From sequence record SRR20825019_1337: DNA of 64,000 bases; one strand, given 5' to 3'. This document shows positions 7,135 to 15,204 of the stretch, piece after piece (the first letter of the stretch is position 1; every line of letters starts with the position of its first letter). The translations under genes and the position numbers were made by a program. The notes below the pieces were generated by a model. It did no database searches. It saw only the letters and a program-made list of their open reading frames with translations, and was not told where the DNA came from.

Positions 7135-9501
7135 CTAGTTCTTAATCAGTTTGATCATCGCAGAACGAACACCGTCAATTGAAACTTCTACGAAGTAATA
7201 ACCAGCGTTTCCGTTGATACTCATATCCGTTGAAGATACGCTATCATAAGAATAAGCAGAAATCTCACGTCCAAGACCATCTAAGATTCTGATCGCAACA
7301 TTCTCAAAAGTTCTTCCCAAGTTTACGTGAATGTCTCCAGAAGTTGGATTCGGTGAAACAACGATGTATTGATTCAACTCAAATTCATTGAGACTAACTG
7401 CATTCACAGCGTTACAAGCAGAAGTATCTGTACATCCGTTAAGGGTTACTTTTACTGCATAGTTTCCATTCACAGATGGAGCAAAAGATTGACCCGTTTC
7501 ACCAGCAATCGCTGAGTTTCCGTTATCACAATCCAACCATTGGTAAGTTGCACCAATAGCAGCTGAAGTCAACAAAGGATCATTGTTTGTTACGTTAATG
7601 TTGATAGCAACTACTGTAAGGTTAATTGTAATTGTGCTATCACATCCCGCTGCATTAGGAATAATGTCCGTGTACGTTCCAGAAGTAGACCATGTGTTGT
7701 TTCCACTTGGAGAAGTGTAGGTATCACAAGTACTTGGAGAGATTGTCGATGAAGTATTAATACATGGCATTGTAGAACATGCAATCATGTAATGTGCTCC
7801 AAGAGAATCAAACGTGTTTTGTGGCAAAGCAACCCATTCGCTTGCTGCAGTGGACCAATCCGTATTTCCTTGTTGAACTCCCATAGATCGAACAAGTGTG
7901 TATTCACTTGTAGCGCCTCCTGGAACAGCCCAGTTTACACCTGGATCAATTCCAATTTGTCCAATAATATCCAATGTATCTCCCGTGATAATGTTTTCCA
8001 ATGAAACAGCATCATCTCCGTTAAAGAACGTTGCTGGATTCAAAGTGTCTGAAACTGCAAGAATAAGTGGGTCTGCTTGATCGTTTCCAATCACGTAAAC
8101 GGCACCTGGTGCAAGAATTCCATTCATTGCGTATGTTCCAGAAGCAGTTGGACTTCCATTTGTGTGACGTTTAACAACGTAGTTAGAAAGGTCAACTGAA
8201 GAAAATGTTGGATTGTAAATTTCCAATGCTTTGTTGTTACTTGATCCTTCAAGATACTCTGAGAAGAAAATCGCTGAACATTGTCCTGCACATGCCGTAG
8301 GAGAATTAGGATCAAGTGTCACGTCGAATGTCATAATGCTATCACATCCTGCAGCGTTTAAAATAGTATCGTTGTAGATCCCAGAAGCTGTCCAAAGTAC
8401 TCCTGATGGAGATAAGTAGCTATTGCATCCAACTACGGTAAATGAACTTGTAGTAGGTGTATTGATTGTTAAATCTACTGTATAGATCGAATCACATCCT
8501 CCTGTTGTACTAAAAATAGTGTCATTATACATTCCTGTCGTTGTCCAAGTATATGTTCCGCTTGGTGAAACATAATCATCACATGAAGATGCAGAAATAG
8601 AGAAGAAAATACCTGTATTGATTGTTAAGTCAACGATAAACAATGAATCACATCCGCCTGTTGTACTGAAAATAGTATCGTTGTAGATTCCAGTTGCTGT
8701 CCATGTGTATGTTCCACTCGGAGAAGTGTAGCTCACACATGCTGAATCAGTAATGTTCGTAACAATTTCTGGAGCGATTGTCAAGTCAATCACATACATA
8801 CTATCACATCCGCCAGCATCAAAAATGGTATCGTTGTAGATTCCTGATGTTGTCCAAGTATATGTACCACTTGGTGAAGTATAACTATTACACTCTGAAA
8901 GCGTTAAGTTAAATGTAGTTGGAGTACAAGCTCCGCATGGAGTCATTGTATGTGTGCCTAGTGAGTCAAAGAAATTCTGTGGAAATACATCCCATTCACT
9001 AGCTCCGGTTGCCCAGTTCGTGCTTCCTTGCTGAATTCCAGCCATTCTTACTAAGGTATATTCGCTCGTTGCACCAGAACCTACAGGCCAGTTCGTTCCT
9101 GGGTCAAAACCAATTTGTCCAATAATATCTAGTGTGTCTCCAGTTGAATTCTTCACTAGATAAATCGCATCGTCACCGTTGAAATTTGCAACAGAACTAG
9201 TAACGTCAGAGAGTCCCAATACTGTAGCTGACGCAGCTGAGTTAGCAATCACGTATACATCACCAGGTGCAAGCATCATAGTTGGTACGTGCGATGAGTT
9301 TGGTGTTACGCCTCCATTTACATTTAGAAAAACTGTGTAACCAGACAAGTCGATTGTTGAACTTGTTGGATTGTAAATTTCTATCGCTTTATTATTGCCT
9401 GTTCCTTCAATGTATTCCGAAAAAAACAAATCACTACACTGAGCCATGCTCGTTCCAGTAATTAGTAAAGCAAAGCTTAATTTGAATAATTTTTTAATCA
9501 T
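7135..9501 (-). CDS. T9SS-secreted protein with two lamin-tail domains and Cys-bridged spacer repeats
   Basis: Two FFSEYxEGxxNNKAxEIYNPT...FNGDDA domains; five CxxYxSPSG..WT.SG.Y.DT..GCDS repeats; SPNPT...GYYFV...KLIKN CTD. Confidence 0.82.
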   Translation of the reverse strand: MIKKLFKLSFALLITGTSMAQCSDLFFSEYIEGTGNNKAIEIYNPTSSTIDLSGYTVFLNVNGGVTPNSSHVPTMMLAPGDVYVIANSAASATVLGLSDVTSSVANFNGDDAIYLVKNSTGDTLDIIGQIGFDPGTNWPVGSGATSEYTLVRMAGIQQGSTNWATGASEWDVFPQNFFDSLGTHTMTPCGACTPTTFNLTLSECNSYTSPSGTYTWTTSGIYNDTIFDAGGCDSMYVIDLTIAPEIVTNITDSACVSYTSPSGTYTWTATGIYNDTIFSTTGGCDSLFIVDLTINTGIFFSISASSCDDYVSPSGTYTWTTTGMYNDTIFSTTGGCDSIYTVDLTINTPTTSSFTVVGCNSYLSPSGVLWTASGIYNDTILNAAGCDSIMTFDVTLDPNSPTACAGQCSAIFFSEYLEGSSNNKALEIYNPTFSSVDLSNYVVKRHTNGSPTASGTYAMNGILAPGAVYVIGNDQADPLILAVSDTLNPATFFNGDDAVSLENIITGDTLDIIGQIGIDPGVNWAVPGGATSEYTLVRSMGVQQGNTDWSTAASEWVALPQNTFDSLGAHYMIACSTMPCINTSSTISPSTCDTYTSPSGNNTWSTSGTYTDIIPNAAGCDSTITINLTVVAININVTNNDPLLTSAAIGATYQWLDCDNGNSAIAGETGQSFAPSVNGNYAVKVTLNGCTDTSACNAVNAVSLNEFELNQYIVVSPNPTSGDIHVNLGRTFENVAIRILDGLGREISAYSYDSVSSTDMSINGNAGYYFVEVSIDGVRSAMIKLIKN

Positions 9502-9607
9502 TATCTAGTTTTTATTTGGCGCAAATTTCGGACAAAGGAACACGTAAAACAAGGTAATAATGTTAAGAAATCATTAGCATGGAACGAGAAAAATCTACTA
9601 AACCGAT

Positions 9608-10009
9608 TCAGTTATGAAAGGTTTTGAAAATAGCAATCAAACGATCTGGAGGGATTACTTTATTGGGGTAATTATGCATTTCTTCCAGAACGCGATTTGT
9701 TGCACTCGGATGAAGTCCCATTCGAATTCCAAGATTCTTAATATACTCCAATTCCGAATCATCTATTTCCAAATCTACATTCATTAATAAAATGAGTCGC
9801 TGAAATTGTACAATTCTATCAAATTCCAATTTAGGTGGATTGAAATCTATGTATTCTTCGAACAAACGCTTAAAATCATCCTTGGTAACTCCCATTTGAG
9901 CAGCAAGAGAGAGTAGAAATTGAAACTCTACATCCTTTATTTTCCCATCGGCCTTCGCCATTTGAATTAGTTGGGAAAGAATACTTTTTTTTTCGTTTTC
10001 GTCGCTCAT
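9608..10009 (-). CDS. TerB-family (tellurite resistance-like) protein
   Basis: MAKADGKIKDVE and LMNVDLEIDDSELEYI motifs; 4-bp overlap with upstream hydrolase. Confidence 0.75.
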   Translation of the reverse strand: MSDENEKKSILSQLIQMAKADGKIKDVEFQFLLSLAAQMGVTKDDFKRLFEEYIDFNPPKLEFDRIVQFQRLILLMNVDLEIDDSELEYIKNLGIRMGLHPSATNRVLEEMHNYPNKVIPPDRLIAIFKTFHN

Positions 10010-10836
10010 TTCGTCGTGATAAAAAAACGTAGAATTTGATCACACGCTTTTTCTAGTTCCAAAGGTAATGCTTTTTGATTCCATGGTTGATTCGCTCCAA
10101 AGGTATGTGTAGCGCCATCTAAAAGTATGTACTCACCCTTCGACCAATGAGCGATCCGTTGACCGTGTTCTGGAGGTGCTGAGCTATCCTCATCACCGTG
10201 AATTACTAAATAAGGAATGGTTGTTCCTTCGCAAGATTGTTGAATGTCTAATCGTTTTTTGTGTTGAAGAAAATCTTCGTACTGCGCGAAATAATGAGGC
10301 ATTTGCTGATGTGTTCTACCATTGAGACGATAATAAACACCATCAGTTTCCCATTTTTTGAAGTCATCTCCTTTGGGAAATCGATCAACTATAGACGAAA
10401 TAGGAGCAAGGAGTGCAATTTTGGAAATGCGGGAGTTCTTGCCTTGAAGCGCAGCAATTCCTCCTCCACGAGAGTGACCAATTAAATAAATCTCAAATGC
10501 ACCAAGATTCTGTGTGTCAACTTCATTGATGATTGCTGCTAAATCGTCTAGCTCTTTTGAATACGTGTTTTCTCCGAAAGATGCAAGATCACTGAAATCA
10601 ATGGGCTGATGAACGGTTCCTCCATTGTAACTAAAATTAAACTTTAGAAAACCGAAGTGTTCGCGAACGAAGAAGTCTTCCATTAAATTCCACGCTCCCC
10701 AATCTTTATATCCCATGTAACCATGTAGGAAAATGATGAGTTTGCGATTCCATTCTTTTGGAATGGTCAGGTCGTAGAGACTTTCTTTTCCTGTTGGATT
10801 GTTGAAGAGCGCATTTTTAAGTTCTTTTTCCTTCAT
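10006..10836 (-). CDS. Alpha/beta hydrolase
   Basis: HGYMGYKDWG oxyanion motif, GHSRGG nucleophile elbow, HGDED and HTFG catalytic Asp/His. Confidence 0.88.
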   Translation of the reverse strand: MKEKELKNALFNNPTGKESLYDLTIPKEWNRKLIIFLHGYMGYKDWGAWNLMEDFFVREHFGFLKFNFSYNGGTVHQPIDFSDLASFGENTYSKELDDLAAIINEVDTQNLGAFEIYLIGHSRGGGIAALQGKNSRISKIALLAPISSIVDRFPKGDDFKKWETDGVYYRLNGRTHQQMPHYFAQYEDFLQHKKRLDIQQSCEGTTIPYLVIHGDEDSSAPPEHGQRIAHWSKGEYILLDGATHTFGANQPWNQKALPLELEKACDQILRFFITTK

Positions 10837-10907
10837 TTCCTAAATTTAGCAAAGCCGAGATGTCTAACAAGTAAATTACATACTTTTCGTTACCTTCGTG
10901 TCCATAT

Positions 10908-11297
10908 ATGAAACGATTATTTTTTCTGCTTTTTGCGTGCACTTATTTGTCTTCTGCATGTTCTTCCGATTCGCGACATAAAGTGGTTGGAGACCATTTG
11001 ACAATTTATTTTGATAACTTGAAAGCGGAGAAACCTGCTGAGAAATTGGCAGTTTTTTGGAAGGAAAATAAATTTATTACTGGAAAAAAGCAAGACCTTA
11101 AATTAAACCTCGAAGGGAAAAATTTGATCATTTATATGATTTCGAATAATCCCAAAGAAGTGAAGGATATTTCCTTTGATGAACAAAAAATGCTGATGGA
11201 TCTAGAATATAAAATTCAATCGGAATTGTTTCCTAAGTATTCGGTCGATTTGGTAATTACGAATGATCAATTCGTCCCAATTTTAACTCTTGATTAA
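10908..11297 (+). CDS. Hypothetical lipoprotein
   Basis: MKR + hydrophobic stretch + SSAC lipobox; stop overlaps next start (TAATG). Confidence 0.7.
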   Translation: MKRLFFLLFACTYLSSACSSDSRHKVVGDHLTIYFDNLKAEKPAEKLAVFWKENKFITGKKQDLKLNLEGKNLIIYMISNNPKEVKDISFDEQKMLMDLEYKIQSELFPKYSVDLVITNDQFVPILTLD

Positions 11298-12301
11298 TGA
11301 AAATATCTGCATCCATTTATAGTGACAAAAAAAGAGAATTAGCTGAAGTTATTAAAGACTTAGCAGAACATCAGGTCGATCTTTTACACGTAGACTGTAA
11401 CGATGATCTATCAGTTTTTGACGATATCAAAGCGATAAGAACCATGTGTGATATCCCAATAGATTTGCACATTATTACAACAAAACCTTCAAAATATTAT
11501 CAACTCCTTCAAGAGAATCCTGTTGAATACATTACGTTTCAATATGAGGACTTGGAAGAGCCGCTAGTTATTCCTGCGGAGATAACAGGGAAGAAGGGCT
11601 TGGCTGTTATCACTCCAACTTCTGTAGATGTTTTTAACGAATATGCCGATTTTGATTTCATCTTAATTATGGCAACCATTCCAGGACAAAGTGGAGGGAA
11701 GTTTGATACGCTCAATTTTTCTAAAATTCGTCAATTCAGAAATTCATTCCCAGGGAAATCAATCCATGTGGATGGTGGAGTGAACGCTGAAGTTTCCTTT
11801 ATTCTGCGAAACATGGGAGTTACAAGCGCTGTCTCAGGCTCGTATCTCTTCAATGCTGCGAGCGTAGGAAATGCATTAATGAATTTAACCAAAAGAGAAG
11901 TGGAGTCCGAATTTTGTATCGCTGACTTCATGATTCCAATTACCGAGTGTCCAGTAGTGAAATTGGCAGACATTAGCTTTGAAAATGTGCTGAAATCGAT
12001 TGAAAACGGGAAGTTGGGATTCACTATTATAACGGATGATTCAGGTAGTTTGAAAGGATTAATTTCGAACGCTGACGTACGAAAGGGACTTTTGAAAAAC
12101 CTCTCTGCGTTAGATCAATTAAATGTGAATGAGTTAATTAACGAAAATCCAACGACTATTGAAGGAAGTTCGACCGTACTCGCAATGTTGCAACTGATTA
12201 AAAAGAGCAATTTTCCATTAACTTATCTTCCTGTCATTAACAGCCAAGGAAGTGCGCTCGGAATTGTTACTTTTGTGAACCTTATCAAAGGAGAATTATG
12301 A
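11297..12301 (+). CDS. Ribulose-phosphate 3-epimerase-like barrel fused to C-terminal CBS pair
   Basis: LHVD, IDLH, LIMATIPGQSG, VDGGVN, AVSGS RPE motifs in the first approx. 195 aa; IADFMIP...GLISNADVRK...NENPTTI...LPVIN..LGIVT CBS tandem. Confidence 0.82.
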   Translation: MKISASIYSDKKRELAEVIKDLAEHQVDLLHVDCNDDLSVFDDIKAIRTMCDIPIDLHIITTKPSKYYQLLQENPVEYITFQYEDLEEPLVIPAEITGKKGLAVITPTSVDVFNEYADFDFILIMATIPGQSGGKFDTLNFSKIRQFRNSFPGKSIHVDGGVNAEVSFILRNMGVTSAVSGSYLFNAASVGNALMNLTKREVESEFCIADFMIPITECPVVKLADISFENVLKSIENGKLGFTIITDDSGSLKGLISNADVRKGLLKNLSALDQLNVNELINENPTTIEGSSTVLAMLQLIKKSNFPLTYLPVINSQGSALGIVTFVNLIKGEL

Positions 12302-13296
12302 TATTACACTTAAGATCAACTGTAAGCGATCAACGTGCCGCGCAAGTAGCACAAGAAATGAACGCTTTTCATATAAAGGACGGCTCACAACATGTCCTAA
12401 TTACTGAAGCATCGGTAAAGAATGTGCCCAATACGCTCGAAAGTGAAGTAGAGGAGTTTTGGGTGTTTGATAATGATATCCAATTAGCATCAAAAAAATA
12501 CCGCAGCGATAAGCGCTCTGTGAAAATTGGTGGTATTGAAGTTGGAGGATCAACACATTCTACGGTGCTAATTGGTGGACCTTGTTCTGTGGAATCAGAG
12601 GAACAAATTCGTTCGTCTGCCGAGTTAATAAAGTCAATGGGATTGACAACTCTTCGTGGAGGTTGTTATAAGCCAAGAACAAGTCCGTATTCTTTTCAAG
12701 GAATGGGATTGGAAGGCTTGAAATTACTAGCCAAAATGCGCGAAGAATACGGTTTAAACGTAATTACTGAAGCGAGAGACGCAACGCACATCGACGAGAT
12801 TATTGAGTATTCTGATGTCATCCAAGTTGGAGCAAAAGCAATGTACGATCAAGGAATCTTGAGAGCATGTGCAAAAACACAGAAGCCTGTTTTAATCAAG
12901 CGTGGTTTTGGAACAACGCTAAAGGAATTTGTTCAGGCGGCTGAATTTGTATTGTCTGGAGGAAACTCTAACGTGCTTTTGTGCGAACGAGGATTGAGAA
13001 CTTTTGAAACGAATACACGATTCACACTTGATTTATGTGGTGTTGCTTGGTTGCAAGAACATGTGAACTTACCAATCATCCTTGACCCAAGTCACGCGAT
13101 GGGATATGCTTACGGAGTTCCTTCTTTAGCAAAAGCATGTGTTGCAATGGGAATTGATGGTTTGCTCATAGAAGCACATCCAAATCCTAAAGTAGCGAAG
13201 TCGGATGCCTCACAACAGCTTAATTACGACGAGTTCCGTCAATTGTATAACGATATTAAGCCAGTTGCAGAAGCTGTTGGTTATCATATAATTTAA
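12298..13296 (+). CDS. Type I-beta DAHP synthase / KdsA-family aldolase with N-terminal ACT/ferredoxin-like extension
   Basis: GPCSVES, KPRTSPYSFQG, LCERG, DPSH, EAHPNP..AKSDASQQL; ATGA overlap with upstream gene. Confidence 0.88.
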   Translation: MILHLRSTVSDQRAAQVAQEMNAFHIKDGSQHVLITEASVKNVPNTLESEVEEFWVFDNDIQLASKKYRSDKRSVKIGGIEVGGSTHSTVLIGGPCSVESEEQIRSSAELIKSMGLTTLRGGCYKPRTSPYSFQGMGLEGLKLLAKMREEYGLNVITEARDATHIDEIIEYSDVIQVGAKAMYDQGILRACAKTQKPVLIKRGFGTTLKEFVQAAEFVLSGGNSNVLLCERGLRTFETNTRFTLDLCGVAWLQEHVNLPIILDPSHAMGYAYGVPSLAKACVAMGIDGLLIEAHPNPKVAKSDASQQLNYDEFRQLYNDIKPVAEAVGYHII

Positions 13297-13299
13297 AGA

Positions 13300-13980
13300 A
13301 TGTTTCTTGAACAAAACATAAAGGGAATTTGTGAGAAGTTCGGACTAGATTTTGACGAATTTCTAGATGAATTAGACGCTGAAAATGTCAAAGAACTCAC
13401 ACTTTTTGATTTAGAAGCTATTGCAGAAGAATACGAAGTTGACTTACATGCGCTGATTTTCAAAGCGTGCTTTAATGTTTCTGCACTCAGAGAGAAATTG
13501 GATCAAGTGAAGTTACTTGTGCTCGATGTAGACGGTGTAATGACCGACGGAGGAATGTATTTTACAGAAAGCGGTGACCAGTTCAAAAAGTTCAACACGA
13601 AAGATGGAATGGCAATTATTCACTTAACGAAAAGCGATTTTCAAGTGGCGATTATCTCTTCCGGATTTCGAGGTGAAGCGGTAAAAGCAAGAGCAGAGTT
13701 ACTAGGAATTCAGTATTGTCACGTTTCCCGTGAACCCAAATTAAAAATTCTAAATGAAATTTGTACCGAGCTAAATATTAGCTTGTCGCAAGTCGCAATA
13801 GTCGGAGATGACATCAATGACCAAGAAGTAATGAGAAATGTAGGTGTATCTTTTTGTCCGTCAGACGCTGTAGACACCGTAAAGGAATTAGTTGATGTTG
13901 TGCTTTCGAAAAAAGGTGGGCAAGGATGTGTTCGCGAATTAATCGATCAGTACATTTTAAAACAACCATTGAGTAAATAA
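13300..13980 (+). CDS. KdsC/YrbI-family HAD phosphatase with approx. 65-aa N-terminal extension
   Basis: LDVDGVMTDG, KKFNTKDG, VGDDINDQ, GGQGCVRELID. Confidence 0.88.
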   Translation: MFLEQNIKGICEKFGLDFDEFLDELDAENVKELTLFDLEAIAEEYEVDLHALIFKACFNVSALREKLDQVKLLVLDVDGVMTDGGMYFTESGDQFKKFNTKDGMAIIHLTKSDFQVAIISSGFRGEAVKARAELLGIQYCHVSREPKLKILNEICTELNISLSQVAIVGDDINDQEVMRNVGVSFCPSDAVDTVKELVDVVLSKKGGQGCVRELIDQYILKQPLSK

Positions 13981-13983
13981 CGA

Positions 13984-15204
13984 ATGGAGAAAATTATAAT
14001 TGGGGTAGTTAGAGAAGGAAAAGTCCCACCGGATAAAAGAGTCCCTCTAACACCAAAGCAATGTATCGCACTAATGTCTGTTTATTCGCACGTTGAAGTG
14101 ATCGTTCAACCGAGCCCAATAAGAGCTTATAAAGACCAAGCTTATTTGGATCTAGGCATCAAGATGAAAGAAGATCTTTCAGAATGTGATATTCTGATTG
14201 GCGTGAAAGAAGTAAATAAGGAAGATTTAATTCCAAACAAAAAATACCTGTTCTTTTCGCACACTTTTAAAAAGCAGCCATACAATCGGGAGCTTCTTCA
14301 AGAAATCTTAAAAAAGAAGGTTCAACTCATCGATTACGAAGTTCTTAAAAATAAAGAGGGTAAAAGACTCATTGGTTTTGGAAGATACGCTGGAATTGTA
14401 GGGACTTATAATGCGTTTTTAACGTATGGTTTGAAGCATGATTTGTACGCTATTAAAGCAGCGAATGAATGCCGCGATCGTAAAGAAGTGGAGGACGAGC
14501 TAAAAAAGACCGTTCTTCCAAGCAATATGAAAATAGTGCTCACTGGTTTCGGAAGAGTTGGACATGGTGCAAGAGAAGTGCTTGATTTACTTCCGATTAA
14601 AGAGGTTTCTCCAGAGGAATTTTTATCTGAGGAATTTGATTCGCCAGTGTATACTCAACTCGAAGTAGAGGACTATTATGGACGAAAAGATGGAAAACCA
14701 TTTGAGAAATCAGTTTTTTATAAAAACCCTGAGTTGTTCAAATCAACTTTTTCAAAGTATTTGAGCGTTTCGGATATGTACATTCCTTGTCATTATTGGA
14801 GTGATAAATCGGATTTCATAATTACGCGTGAAGATCTCAAAAAAGAGAATGTAAGATTGTCTGTTGTAGCGGACATTAGTTGCGATATTGATGGTCCAAT
14901 TGCAAGTACAATTCGACCAAGTAAAATTGCAGATCCTATTTATGGATATGATCCAATTACCGAATCTGAAGTTGATTTTAAGCAAGAAAACGCAATTGCA
15001 GTAATGGCTGTAGATAATCTACCATGCGAATTGCCGTTAGATGCGTCTGAAGATTTTGGAAACGAATTGATTAAAGAAATATTTCCTGCGCTACTATCCG
15101 AAGACAAGGATAATGTAATTGCGAGAGGATCGGAGACTACTTTAGATGGTCAGTTAACTGAACAATTCAGTTATCTTAGTGACTATCTTGCTGGAAAAGA
15201 ATGA
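13984..15204 (+). CDS. Alanine dehydrogenase/PNT-fold NAD(P)-dependent oxidoreductase (saccharopine dehydrogenase / lysine-ketoglutarate reductase-like)
   Basis: REGK.PPDKRVPLTP, GVKEV, FFSHTFKKQPYN, GFGRYAG, DISCDIDGP, AVDNLPCELP. Confidence 0.85.
   Translation: MEKIIIGVVREGKVPPDKRVPLTPKQCIALMSVYSHVEVIVQPSPIRAYKDQAYLDLGIKMKEDLSECDILIGVKEVNKEDLIPNKKYLFFSHTFKKQPYNRELLQEILKKKVQLIDYEVLKNKEGKRLIGFGRYAGIVGTYNAFLTYGLKHDLYAIKAANECRDRKEVEDELKKTVLPSNMKIVLTGFGRVGHGAREVLDLLPIKEVSPEEFLSEEFDSPVYTQLEVEDYYGRKDGKPFEKSVFYKNPELFKSTFSKYLSVSDMYIPCHYWSDKSDFIITREDLKKENVRLSVVADISCDIDGPIASTIRPSKIADPIYGYDPITESEVDFKQENAIAVMAVDNLPCELPLDASEDFGNELIKEIFPALLSEDKDNVIARGSETTLDGQLTEQFSYLSDYLAGKE

Noticed and set aside
8330-8890. 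Regularly spaced DNA repeats that might suggest a CRISPR array or DGR template
   Set aside because: In-frame approx. 52-aa protein repeats with synonymous divergence; no unique spacers, cas genes or reverse transcriptase
9608-10836. TerB-like gene plus hydrolase as an anti-phage system
   Set aside because: No accompanying defence genes or island signatures; both are common standalone families
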